A stretch of 50,533 nucleotides of DNA from Candidatus Parcubacteria bacterium (GTDB lineage: Bacteria; Patescibacteriota; Minisyncoccia; Phycocordibacterales; UBA5272), in assembly GCA_039805745.1 (NCBI GenBank), contig JBDLTQ010000014.1:1-50533 (forward strand), written 5' to 3'. The translations under genes were made by a program, and so were the position numbers. Shown in pieces: positions 1 through 10,870 of the stretch (positions are counted from its first letter, which is position 1; each line of letters begins with the position of its first letter). The notes under the pieces were generated by a model. It saw only the letters and a program-made list of their open reading frames with translations, had not been told where the DNA came from and did not search any database.

Positions 1-79
1 TCTCTAAAAGGATTCATGACCTCGATCAAACCTCGTCATGTCATGCAGATAACATGACTTGGTCTTCTACATAGAAATC

Positions 80-110
80 AAAACACTCCAGCAAGAAGCT
101 AGAGTGTTTT
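80..110. terminator. Stem-loop with T-runs on both flanks; likely terminator for tRNA-Asp (minus) and/or an upstream plus-strand gene
   Basis: aaaacactc (80-88) pairs with gagtgtttt (102-110). Inner agc/gct pairs, 5-nt loop. tatttt follows on the + strand, ttttgattt on the - strand. Confidence 0.45.
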
Positions 111-117
111 TATTTTG

Positions 118-191
118 CGCAGCGAATGGGATTTGAACCCACGACCCCCGCCGTGACAGGGCGGTGCTCTAACCAGCTGAGCTACCGCTGC
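118..191 (-). tRNA. tRNA-Asp (anticodon GTC)
   Basis: Manual cloverleaf on the reverse complement: acceptor GCAGCGG/TCGCTGC, D arm GCTC..GAGC, anticodon arm CCGCC-CTGTCAC-GGCGG, T arm GTGGG-TTCAAAT-CCCAT. 74 nt, no encoded CCA. Confidence 0.9.
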
Positions 192-333
192 AACACCTCC
201 TAGTATACATCATTTTTTATTTTTTTAAAATACCAGCCTTCTTCCCCTCCATATTACTAAACCCTATGATACACTGTTTGGATTCTTGTTTATTTTCTAC
301 CAACCTAACCAACTGATATTACTTGCGTACTTT

Positions 334-1506
334 ATGGCATCACGTTTTTCATCAAAAAATTACTTTAAAAAAATCTATACACCTGAACTTATCGTAGAGT
401 TATACAAACGACATGAAGTCACTGCTCTTTTTGAAATAACAGAACAAACCCCACGAAAAAATGTTCTCAATATCCTGAATGACTTTCATAACTCACTCTC
501 ACCAGAACAAAAAATAACAATCGAAGAAGAATTTCGTGCTATTTATGAAGTATTCACTCCTCACAGCGACTATATTATTTCACTTATTCTTAAAGAAAGA
601 GGACTTTCTTCTGTTACAACAATCGAATGCAAATCTTCACTTGATCTTGTGTTGTACTATTATCTTTTTAATAAAGAAGATATTTTTGATGACCTAACCT
701 TCTTTACGCGTTTTTATAAAAAAGCGGGATACATGCTCTATGAAGCAAAAGAAGTAGAGGTAAACGATGTACTTTTTGCAACGACAGAAATAGCAAAAGA
801 ATATAAGAGAATACTTGAAAAAGAAGACCGTATTATAGAAACAGAATATGATGCAAAATCACTTCAGGGGTACATCTATTTCATTATGACAGCAAAAGAT
901 ATTGTTTCGAAAAGAGAAGACACTGTTCGTGTGGTCTACATGGGTGGACAAAAAGAAATCATCGTATCACACACAGGTGGCGCGTATGAAAAAAAACTAC
1001 TTCTTGATACTTTTCTACGCATAGCATGTGCTGATGGATACCTCGAAAGAGTTGAGTCATATTCTCTTACATCATTTATGAAAGAAGAATACACATTCGT
1101 TACCCCTTCCCCTTCTCTCCTAATGTCATGGAAAGCTAAAAATATCACCCTTTCTTTTGGAAGTGATACACAACGTCATAAAATGAAGTATTCTCTTCCT
1201 TCAAAAACAGAAGGTGTTCATCTTCATCCGTTATTTGCTCTATATAAAGAGCTTGGAATCTATGACAAACTTCCTTCACTTACAATAGATTCCATAACTC
1301 TCTCTTTCTACTGTATTGATCAAAAGAATAAAGAAAAAACTGTACATATCCCTGTCACTCTTTCTTCAAACAAAACATCATTGTGTCCACTCTATTTCTA
1401 TCATGCTCATATTCGAGAGATTTTTAAAACATCAAATATATTCCAAGGTTTTATAGAACAAGCAAAAAAAGAAAAAGAAGCTGTAACAAAAAAATGGGAA
1501 GTGTAG
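334..1506 (+). CDS. Hypothetical protein (about 390 aa), no recognisable family
   Basis: ORF 286..1506 opens with TTG; first ATG is at 334 (MASRFSS...). K/E/Y/F-rich, no TM segment or signal peptide, no motif I recognise. Isolated between tRNA genes. Confidence 0.6.
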   Translation: MASRFSSKNYFKKIYTPELIVELYKRHEVTALFEITEQTPRKNVLNILNDFHNSLSPEQKITIEEEFRAIYEVFTPHSDYIISLILKERGLSSVTTIECKSSLDLVLYYYLFNKEDIFDDLTFFTRFYKKAGYMLYEAKEVEVNDVLFATTEIAKEYKRILEKEDRIIETEYDAKSLQGYIYFIMTAKDIVSKREDTVRVVYMGGQKEIIVSHTGGAYEKKLLLDTFLRIACADGYLERVESYSLTSFMKEEYTFVTPSPSLLMSWKAKNITLSFGSDTQRHKMKYSLPSKTEGVHLHPLFALYKELGIYDKLPSLTIDSITLSFYCIDQKNKEKTVHIPVTLSSNKTSLCPLYFYHAHIREIFKTSNIFQGFIEQAKKEKEAVTKKWEV

Positions 1507-1589
1507 CAAAACATATAAACAACCAAGAGATTGTTTGTGTAGTATTATTCTAGGTAGTCTCTCAATGAGCGAACGATAATAACAGTGTA

Positions 1590-1666
1590 TGGTGTCAGTA
1601 GCTGGGATCGAACCAGCGACCTAAGGCTTATGAGTCCTTCGCTCTAACCAACTGAGCTATACTGAC
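1590..1666 (-). tRNA. tRNA with CAT anticodon, elongator type (Met, or Ile2 if lysidine-modified); CCA encoded
   Basis: Reverse complement folds as GTCAGTA-TA-GCTC..GAGC, anticodon loop CTCATAA, T arm GCTGG-TTCGATC-CCAGC, acceptor TACTGAC-A-CCA. C11:G24 is elongator-like. The variable/T region resembles Ile2-type tRNAs. Confidence 0.85.
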
Positions 1667-1676
1667 AAGTTATAGG

Positions 1677-1705
1677 ATTGTACTACATTGCTCATTTTTT
1701 TTCAA
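1677..1705 (-). promoter_or_regulatory. Sigma70-like promoter for the CAT tRNA (TTGAAA-17 nt-TACAAT)
   Basis: Minus strand reads TTGAAA, 17-nt spacer, TACAAT. The -10 ends about 9 nt before the mature tRNA 5' end. Confidence 0.55.
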
Positions 1706-1734
1706 TGAAAAAACGACAACATGTCAAAAAGGTC

Positions 1735-1763
1735 TTGCAAAATAAAGATACTTATGGTACTAT
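1735..1763 (+). promoter_or_regulatory. Sigma70-like promoter for initiator tRNA (TTGCAA-17 nt-TACTAT)
   Basis: TTGCAA at 1735-1740, 17-nt spacer, TACTAT at 1758-1763, about 22 nt upstream of the tRNA 5' end. Divergent from the 1677..1705 promoter. Confidence 0.55.
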
Positions 1764-1785
1764 AAAAAGATACATAAGTAAAGAT

Positions 1786-1856
1786 AGCGGAGTAGAGTAG
1801 AGGTAACTCACGAGGCTCATAACCTCGGGACACAGGTTCGATTCCTGTCTCCGCAA
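1786..1856 (+). tRNA. Initiator tRNA-fMet (anticodon CAT)
   Basis: Acceptor AGCGGAG/CTCCGCA with an unpaired 1:72 (A-A), discriminator A, A11:U24 in the D stem, anticodon arm CGAGG-CTCATAA-CCTCG, T arm ACAGG-TTCGATT-CCTGT. Short D loop and 4-nt variable loop. No encoded CCA. Confidence 0.85.
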
Positions 1857-1870
1857 CACGTAAGAACAAA

Positions 1871-1898
1871 AGCCGTACACGAAAGTGTACGGCTTTTG
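1871..1898 (+). terminator. Rho-independent terminator after tRNA-fMet
   Basis: agccgtacac (1871-1880), gaaa loop, gtgtacggct (1885-1894), followed by tttt. Confidence 0.8.
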
Positions 1899-2156
1899 AC
1901 ATAACAAGGATAAGATAATGTAGTTATGCCCATATTACCCAAGCCACAATAATACAAGAGTATCGGTCTTTAAGAACCATACCGAATACCCAAAAAGAAA
2001 ACTAATAGCTAGTATAACTTTAAAAAAAGTCTTCTTCTTTCTATGCATTCCTCTTCCTCCAAAGAACAAAGTACTACTATATACAAAATATTCAGGCCGG
2101 TCAAATCATTCATGAACATGTAAGACTATACGATGCACCGTTAACATACATATAAC

Positions 2157-3572
2157 CTAGCTGACAATCTTTAAATCTCTAAAAACGGCTTCGAATAAGG
2201 TGAAGGCACGCTTTGCTTCACGTTCAGTCAGCTGAAAATCTGAACCTTCATGAGCAATACGATTGCGTATTTTATGTGCATCCCAAGCAAGGTCAACAGT
2301 TTTAAAACTAGCACTCTTTAGCATCTCACCAACCCCTTCCCCTTGATACCCTCGATCACGGAGTACTTCTGCAAGAAGGTTATCAGCCTCAAGAACACCG
2401 ATACGCCAAAGAGCCTCACTCTCACTACTCATATACCCTTGAATAATCGCGAACTTAGGATGATCCTTAAAATCATAGGAAGTAGGCGGTGTAGTTGGGA
2501 TGTGTTCAAGAATAGATAGACCAGCTATTCCCGCAGGTATCTCTTCATGCTTGGTATGAAGAGGGGTACTGGTGTGAGTGTTGTTATCTTTAATGATATG
2601 ATGTCCGTTATTATCTCCGTAATGATCACCATGATCAAACTGATGTTCAAAATGATCTATTCCTTGAACAAAAACAATAAACCATCGTGTAGCTGCATAA
2701 ACAAGCCCAACCATAATCAAAATAATGAGCACAGAGAGCACATTAACAAAAAAAGAAAGTATTGGATTTTGAATTGAAAAATAAATACCTTGTGTTGCTT
2801 GATGTATATCAAGAGGAAGTACTCTGCCGATATTTTCTGGATCAAGTGCGTATGTATCCATGGTATCAAAAATACCATCACCATCGGTATCTTTTTTAAG
2901 AATATCTGTACCAAGTAATTTTTCCATGCTATCACTCACACCATCACCATCAGTATCAGGACCGACTGACGAAACATTAGCATCAAGAGGTGCTTCGTCT
3001 CGACCATCGAGTACCATATCGCCATCAGTATCTGGATTGATTGGATCAGTACCCTGTAATAGTTCCTGACCATCCATAACACCATCATGATCAGTATCAG
3101 GATTTTCTTTATCCATACCATGCTTCTCCTCGTAACTATCTGGCACACCATCTTCATCAGAATCTTTTGGTCCTATACCAAACACATCACGAAGATGATC
3201 AAACCATGAGTAATCCTCCTCATAACGTTCTTTAAGTTCTGCTTTAGTAAGATTATCCGCATCGTATGGGCGACTGTCTGTAATATCAGGAATACCATCA
3301 CCGTCAGTATCTCTTACACGAATTCCAAGTTTCTCTAAAAACCTTTGCCATAAAGATACATGAGTGTCGACTGCTACCACCTTTCCATCCTGAAGAGCGA
3401 GATACTCATCAAACCACCCCCTATCACGAAGCCCATCCCACTCTCGGTATGAAACAGCATCAATGTACTCACCCTTATCTTTTCTGAGCACACCAAAAAG
3501 CCATGTATATTTTATCCATAGCAATACATCGTACACTCTATTAAAAAGATAATCGATAGAGAGAGAATACAT
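2157..3572 (-). CDS. Membrane protein: thrombospondin type-3-like Ca-binding repeats, TM helix, His-rich linker, C-terminal HEPN/DUF4145-like domain
   Basis: ATG start at 3572. Six Asp-rich loops (DTDGDGIPD, DSDEDGVPD, DTDHDGVMD, DTDGDMVLD, DTDGDGVSD, DTDGDGIFD). TM ILSFFVNVLSVLIILIMVGLVYAATRWFIVFV. Nine His in about 40 residues. R-x4-H motif RNRIAH near the C-terminus. Confidence 0.8.
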   Translation of the reverse strand: MYSLSIDYLFNRVYDVLLWIKYTWLFGVLRKDKGEYIDAVSYREWDGLRDRGWFDEYLALQDGKVVAVDTHVSLWQRFLEKLGIRVRDTDGDGIPDITDSRPYDADNLTKAELKERYEEDYSWFDHLRDVFGIGPKDSDEDGVPDSYEEKHGMDKENPDTDHDGVMDGQELLQGTDPINPDTDGDMVLDGRDEAPLDANVSSVGPDTDGDGVSDSMEKLLGTDILKKDTDGDGIFDTMDTYALDPENIGRVLPLDIHQATQGIYFSIQNPILSFFVNVLSVLIILIMVGLVYAATRWFIVFVQGIDHFEHQFDHGDHYGDNNGHHIIKDNNTHTSTPLHTKHEEIPAGIAGLSILEHIPTTPPTSYDFKDHPKFAIIQGYMSSESEALWRIGVLEADNLLAEVLRDRGYQGEGVGEMLKSASFKTVDLAWDAHKIRNRIAHEGSDFQLTEREAKRAFTLFEAVFRDLKIVS

Positions 3573-3602
3573 ACAGGTAATCCTGTTAGCTATTAGCTAG
3601 CT

Positions 3603-5018
3603 CTAGTATAACGTCTCAAAATCTTTACCGATAGTGAATAGCACATCTTCACGCATATGTGGTGCTACAAGTTGGAAGCCAAGAGGAAGACCGTTCTCTG
3701 TTTTACCTGACGGAAGAGAAATAGCTGGCACTCCGACAATGTTTATAGGAACAGTAAAAATATCAGCAAGATACATAGAGAGCGGATCGTGTGATTTCTC
3801 ACCGATAGCAAACGCAGGGACAGGTGATGTCGGGAGAGCTATCGCATCAACATGACCAAAGACACGATTGAACTCTTCATGGAGCATGTCACGAACAAGA
3901 TTTGCTTTATTATAATATGCATCATAATATCCAGAAGAAAGAACGTATGTCCCGAGCAAGATACGGCGACGAACTTCATCTCCAAGACCTTCAGTGCGAG
4001 TTTTGAAATAACCCTTGATAACGTTTTCATCTGGAACAGATAATCCGAAACGAACACCGTCATATCTCGCCATATTTGAAGAAATTTCTGCAAACACAAC
4101 AACATAATATACAGAGAGAGCCTTCTCAAGGTGATCAACCGTAATATCAACAATCTCATATCCTTGTGACGCTAATTTTTCAATAGATATTTCAAAATTA
4201 TTAAGCACTTCTTTATCAATACCTTCACGTCGTATAAATGACCACGGCACACCGATCTTCTTTTTAAGAGGCTCAGTGACTCTTTCACGTTTATTATCTG
4301 TTAATGAAGTACTATCGAGAGCATCATGACCTTTAATGATATCAAAAACAGTTTCTACATCAGAGACAGTCGCACCAAAGGGTCCAATCTGATCCAGCGA
4401 TGACCCCATTGCCATAAGCCCATAACGAGACACCGCGCCGTATGTTGGTTTTAATCCGACAATACCACAAAATGACGCAGGTTGCCGAATAGATCCACCA
4501 GTATCAGAACCAAGTGAAATAGGCACACCTCCATATGCAACAACCGCAGCAGAACCGCCCGATGACCCTCCAGAAACACATGCAAGATTGTGAGGGTTCT
4601 TGGTTACACCGTATGCAGAATTTTCTGTAGAACCACCCATAGCAAACTCATCCATATTCGCACGACCTATAAGTATTGCTCCTGCTTCTTTGAGCTTTTT
4701 GATCACAGTTGCATCATACGGCGAAACGTACTCTTCAAGAATTTTTGAAGCCGATGTTGCTTTTTCCCCTTTTACTACAATATTATCTTTAATAACAATA
4801 GGTATACCAGTAAGAGGTGTTGCTGTACCTTCCACAAGCATTTTCTTTGCTAGAAGAACCTGCTCTTCTATAAGCGCGTCAGAATAAAGACCAAGAAGCG
4901 CATGAACCTCTCCGTCTTTTTCTGCAATTCGTTTCTTTGTGTCATCTATAACACCATCAACAGATAGTGAACCGTTTCGTAATCCTTCTTGCAATTGTGA
5001 GAGTGTTTTTTGTTCCAT
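3603..5018 (-). CDS. gatA: Glutamyl/aspartyl-tRNA amidotransferase subunit A
   Basis: Amidase signature [16 protein letters not shown] motif, full-length similarity to GatA. ORF start at 5060 is TTG and overlaps gatC; the ATG at codon 15 (MEQKTLSQL...) is the better start. Confidence 0.93.
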   Translation of the reverse strand: MEQKTLSQLQEGLRNGSLSVDGVIDDTKKRIAEKDGEVHALLGLYSDALIEEQVLLAKKMLVEGTATPLTGIPIVIKDNIVVKGEKATSASKILEEYVSPYDATVIKKLKEAGAILIGRANMDEFAMGGSTENSAYGVTKNPHNLACVSGGSSGGSAAVVAYGGVPISLGSDTGGSIRQPASFCGIVGLKPTYGAVSRYGLMAMGSSLDQIGPFGATVSDVETVFDIIKGHDALDSTSLTDNKRERVTEPLKKKIGVPWSFIRREGIDKEVLNNFEISIEKLASQGYEIVDITVDHLEKALSVYYVVVFAEISSNMARYDGVRFGLSVPDENVIKGYFKTRTEGLGDEVRRRILLGTYVLSSGYYDAYYNKANLVRDMLHEEFNRVFGHVDAIALPTSPVPAFAIGEKSHDPLSMYLADIFTVPINIVGVPAISLPSGKTENGLPLGFQLVAPHMREDVLFTIGKDFETLY

Positions 5019-5040
5019 AAAAGCTAGTGTTGTTAATAAA

Positions 5041-5325
5041 TTATTTAAGAACCTGAGCAACTTTTACATATCCATCTTCTGTGTCTGGAGCTTCAGAAAG
5101 AAGACTACCTGAGAGAGACCCTGTCTCTTTGGTAACATAATCATCTCTTACACTGTTATAATGAACTCCTTTAACGCGAGATATACTGCCACTTACTTGG
5201 TTTATCTCAGAAACATACTGAAGGATAGCTTGCATGTCATGAAGCATTTTTTCCGACTCATTCTCAGTAATAGTGATACGAGCAAGTGCCGAAAGGTTTT
5301 GTAAATCTTCTTTAGTAAATTGCAT
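5041..5325 (-). CDS. gatC: Glutamyl/aspartyl-tRNA amidotransferase subunit C
   Basis: 94 aa. MQFTKEDLQNLSALARITITENESEKM...ILQYVSEINQV is typical GatC. Lies immediately upstream of gatA. Confidence 0.88.
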   Translation of the reverse strand: MQFTKEDLQNLSALARITITENESEKMLHDMQAILQYVSEINQVSGSISRVKGVHYNSVRDDYVTKETGSLSGSLLSEAPDTEDGYVKVAQVLK

Positions 5326-5335
5326 ATACGTAAGA

Positions 5336-7372
<2,037 letters not shown>

Positions 7373-7381
7373 TTATATGGC

Positions 7382-8032
7382 CTACTCAACAACAGTCGTG
7401 TTGATAACAGCACGCTCTATAGACTCATTTGAACTACCACATGACGCATACCCTTGAGAAATAATTTGTCTGAATGTTTGCGTTTTATTAACTGTCACTT
7501 TCGCACAACGAGTAGTGTCTCCTCCTATATTGATTTTCATAGTAAATGTCGATGTATTTCCTATTTCTTGACCATTTGTACCTTCATAGATATACGGTTC
7601 TTGAGCAACCTGAAACCCTGTTGCTTCTGTAGAAAAAATAGCAACTTGAGCACACTTAATATCGTTTAAAGTAATAACAGACTTACTCTCTGCTATACGC
7701 TCAGTATTCACTTCATCTAAAATATCATCCATATATTCTAAAGGCGGGACACTCGTAGCTCCTGGAAAAAAACCGTACCCAGCAGAACCAACATATGTAT
7801 CATCAATAGTCATAGCACAAGCAAGAGCGTCATCAGCTACATAGTATGCAAGCTGACTTTGTTTATACATCTTTGAGAAAAAAAGTTGTTTTGAGAGAAT
7901 ATTTGCTCCCGTCATTGTCATAATAAGGATAAGCGTCGAGAGGAGCATGGTAAATGGTAAAATAAAGCCCCTCACCTTTCGTGGCGTTCTATATATTAGA
8001 CGATGAGTATCTGGTGTTACATGTTGTATCAT
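7382..8032 (-). CDS. PilX-like minor pilin / pilus-associated protein
   Basis: N-terminus RKVRGFILPFTMLLSTLILIMTM is hydrophobic and pilin-like but lacks E5. ATG at 8032 lies 10 nt after the upstream stop. The alternative ATG at 8095 would overlap the upstream gene by 53 nt. Confidence 0.6.
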   Translation of the reverse strand: MIQHVTPDTHRLIYRTPRKVRGFILPFTMLLSTLILIMTMTGANILSKQLFFSKMYKQSQLAYYVADDALACAMTIDDTYVGSAGYGFFPGATSVPPLEYMDDILDEVNTERIAESKSVITLNDIKCAQVAIFSTEATGFQVAQEPYIYEGTNGQEIGNTSTFTMKINIGGDTTRCAKVTVNKTQTFRQIISQGYASCGSSNESIERAVINTTVVE

Positions 8033-8042
8033 ACTTTTTATG

Positions 8043-8744
8043 TTATGGTCTTGGGTGAATATATCGTACAAGTTGCACAGAACGAGTAACACCATTTACT
8101 CCTCTAAATGACACGTCAACAGTAAACCTAACATCGTCATTATATTGATCTTCTGGCTGAGGACCGTCAAATGTATCTAGACGTTCTACTTTTACTGTAC
8201 GCTTATAGAGTGCACGCATTGGGGTTCCGCTTATATGAGTAGGTACACCTTTACAAACATACGAGTGCAGTGTGCTTGAGCTCACCTCTACAAGATACTG
8301 ACACTCATTTCCTGTTGTTCCATATCGTGGTGGTGTTCCTGTAGCAGAATTCAAAAAATCAATAAAATCAAATGAACAGCCGGCACTGTTTTGAGTAACA
8401 AAACAAGATGAATAAGCAGATTCTGTTGCTATCTGACTCTTAAAAACACGCCACGCTGTCTCGCCTGTTGTTTCATCGCCTGTTGGAATACACGGATCGA
8501 GACTTGGCTGTTTCTTACAATATACATAGAGTGAGTCATAATGATTCTGCCATAATTCAATAGCTTCTTCGGCTAAATATGTTGCAACCATAGTCTCCCT
8601 TGTTTGTCGTGCATACGATGACGATGTAGTAAAAAATGCAAGTGGTCCTATAATAACAAGAGTAATAATAGTAATAGATACCAATGTCTCAAGAAGAGTA
8701 AACCCTCGTATTCTTTTTTTGTTGTGACTAGTAGAGTATTTCAT
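8043..8744 (-). CDS. Prepilin-type N-terminal cleavage/methylation domain protein (minor pilin)
   Basis: Class III signal KKRIRG-FTLLETLVSITIITLVIIG. ATG at 8744 lies 4 nt after the upstream stop. Confidence 0.75.
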   Translation of the reverse strand: MKYSTSHNKKRIRGFTLLETLVSITIITLVIIGPLAFFTTSSSYARQTRETMVATYLAEEAIELWQNHYDSLYVYCKKQPSLDPCIPTGDETTGETAWRVFKSQIATESAYSSCFVTQNSAGCSFDFIDFLNSATGTPPRYGTTGNECQYLVEVSSSTLHSYVCKGVPTHISGTPMRALYKRTVKVERLDTFDGPQPEDQYNDDVRFTVDVSFRGVNGVTRSVQLVRYIHPRP

Positions 8745-8748
8745 ATAG

Positions 8749-9396
8749 TTATCGATTATCAGGTGTACGAGGAGAGACATGTGTTTGTATATTAAATGTC
8801 ACAGGCTCCTCTTTAGCAGAAACAGCATTTGTTTTTCCGGAAATAAACAATGATATGAGTGGTTGCTTATAATCAAAAGCTCCACCTTCATCTAAGGTTC
8901 CATCGGAAGTATTCGCACCATCTACATAAAACATAAGTGTTTCAATAAATACATCTGGTGAAGTCATTTGAAGTGTTGTTGTTGCAACACCAAAAAATCT
9001 CTCCTCTTTATAGAGAACACCTTCAGATAAGAAATATGCAACTCTGTCATTTTCGTGGGTTGCATTTGTTGGTTTAAAGAATACAACAGCACCTCCTCCT
9101 GTCTGACGTGTGCAATTTTTTCTCACGAGCGGAGTTCCTGTCGCTATAGTTGCTCCACAATAAAAATCAGTTCCGTAACGTATATCGCGTGTTATTGTCT
9201 GAACAGAGAGATTAGCGTTATCAAGAATGGCCTGTGTTTTTTGTAGACGAGCATTGAGTGACTGAACATTAAACAATACACCAAGCGCTATCGTTGCAAT
9301 ACTAGAAAAAAGCCCGAGCACCACAATAATCTCCACAAGAGTCATTCCTTGTATACTACGTTGTACTGTACTGCGGTAAAAAGAGAATATCTTCAT
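8749..9396 (-). CDS. Prepilin-type minor pilin
   Basis: RSIQG-MTLVEIIVVLGLFSSIATIALGVLF matches the G/x-T-L-x-E pattern. ATG start. Confidence 0.7.
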   Translation of the reverse strand: MKIFSFYRSTVQRSIQGMTLVEIIVVLGLFSSIATIALGVLFNVQSLNARLQKTQAILDNANLSVQTITRDIRYGTDFYCGATIATGTPLVRKNCTRQTGGGAVVFFKPTNATHENDRVAYFLSEGVLYKEERFFGVATTTLQMTSPDVFIETLMFYVDGANTSDGTLDEGGAFDYKQPLISLFISGKTNAVSAKEEPVTFNIQTHVSPRTPDNR

Positions 9397-9399
9397 AGA

Positions 9400-10053
9400 T
9401 TAATTACATGTCCCCATTAGTTTAGTGATCATGCCTGACCGATAGACAACAATAGACCGTACATACCCAGGGGTTGGCGATTTATTGGCATCGAATTGTA
9501 TACAAGCAGAAACATACTTAGTGCTCGTCGAGTTATTAATATAAATATCGGCTTGTGTACTTGGACGAGAATATGAAATTGTCAGACTCTGAATAGCCGG
9601 ATCATTCTCACTATTACATAGTAGTGTTGAAGTACTCATAGAGACACATAACTTCCCTATTTTATTAGTACGAGAAAAGGTAATAACTTCATATTTCTCA
9701 TCAATAGGACTTGCAGTATATAACCCATCACCAACACCAAGAACTGACGGAACACTGTCATCAATTCTATCCTTAAAAGAAAGCACTTGTGATGAAGTTG
9801 ATCGAGTAAAAAAAACTCCAGCACCACCAAAAGAACCATTGATAGAATTAACAGAACTTCCCTGTAGCTGTACCTGACGAAGAAGAAGCTCTGTTGAGGA
9901 AATACTATCCGCAAGAGAGAGACGTGTGATTGCTTCAGGTCTACCAGAAAGAGTAATTGTAAGGATCACAATCATAATACCAACACTCACCATAAGCTCA
10001 ATGAGAGTGAATCCACGTGTAGCACGTATGTATCTATGACATAGTTCTATCAT
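9400..10053 (-). CDS. Prepilin-type minor pilin
   Basis: RATRG-FTLIELMVSVGIMIVILTI. ATG start. Confidence 0.75.
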   Translation of the reverse strand: MIELCHRYIRATRGFTLIELMVSVGIMIVILTITLSGRPEAITRLSLADSISSTELLLRQVQLQGSSVNSINGSFGGAGVFFTRSTSSQVLSFKDRIDDSVPSVLGVGDGLYTASPIDEKYEVITFSRTNKIGKLCVSMSTSTLLCNSENDPAIQSLTISYSRPSTQADIYINNSTSTKYVSACIQFDANKSPTPGYVRSIVVYRSGMITKLMGTCN

Positions 10054-10069
10054 ATCTACAATAGTACCA

Positions 10070-10846
10070 CTAAGCGAACATCATTGCGATAGATACTACA
10101 TCAATACCTGTGAACAAGACAATGATAAAAGCAAAAACAATAAAAGGAACAAACGGTAACACTTGTTTTTTATAAGACCCATCATGTGCAAAATATTTAA
10201 AATACACACCGACAAGAGCTCCCATCCAGACAGACAACACGAAGACTGCTAAACCCTCCACCAATCCAAAGAATGCACCTACCCCGAAAAACAAGACAAC
10301 ATCGCCAAACCCAACACCTCTCCCTCGTGTTATCATCCAAATCATAAAAAATGGCAGAGAGACAACAAACGGTGCAGTGATAATTGCAATAGATGTATCA
10401 GTGAGCACTTGCAGTCCAAACATACCTAAAGTAAGTAACGAATACGCCGAAAGAAATGAAAGCGGTATATACGTATGAGCTTTATCATAGAGAGCCATGA
10501 CACCGAGCACAATAAAGAGAGCCGAGTAGTATACAAGCCACCCAAAACTATGAAGTATACTTTCTTGACCTTTAAGAATAGTCTGATAGAGAGCCACAAA
10601 TACAAGACCATACCCAATCTCAATAAAAAGAGCACTGATACCAAACCGAGAACTACAGTAACGACACTTTCCACGAAGTAATACGTATGAAAGTACCGGA
10701 ATAAGATCAGAAGGGCGAAGTGCCTCTCCGCAGGAGAGGCACTTACTACGCCCTTTCATGATAGGCGCCACATGGAGTCGTGTAGCAATTACTTGTACAA
10801 AACTTCCAATTGACGCACCGAGAATGAAAGAAAGAATATAGAACAC
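10070..10846 (-). CDS. pilD: Prepilin peptidase (A24 family)
   Basis: N-terminal CxxC...CxxC (CLSCGE...CRYCSS), eight hydrophobic segments, GFGDVVLF aspartyl-protease motif. Start codon appears to be GTG. Confidence 0.88.
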   Translation of the reverse strand: MFYILSFILGASIGSFVQVIATRLHVAPIMKGRSKCLSCGEALRPSDLIPVLSYVLLRGKCRYCSSRFGISALFIEIGYGLVFVALYQTILKGQESILHSFGWLVYYSALFIVLGVMALYDKAHTYIPLSFLSAYSLLTLGMFGLQVLTDTSIAIITAPFVVSLPFFMIWMITRGRGVGFGDVVLFFGVGAFFGLVEGLAVFVLSVWMGALVGVYFKYFAHDGSYKKQVLPFVPFIVFAFIIVLFTGIDVVSIAMMFA

Positions 10847-10870
10847 AATATCGACTAGACGATTCTTAAA

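Noticed and set aside
1702-1902. 66-aa minus-strand ORF
   Set aside because: It runs antisense through the initiator tRNA, its promoter and its terminator. It is explained entirely by those features.
1-2156. Integrated mobile element at the tRNA cluster
   Set aside because: There is no integrase, transposase or recombinase ORF, and I could not find a duplicated tRNA 3' segment. Only one unassigned ORF is present.
5019-5060. N-terminal extensions implied by the ORF track (286, 5060, 7336, 8095, 8780, 16010, 20418)
   Set aside because: These upstream extensions mostly open on TTG/GTG codons, or on upstream ATGs (8095, 20418), and mostly overlap the preceding gene. In each case a downstream in-frame ATG matches the family N-terminus or a signal peptide.
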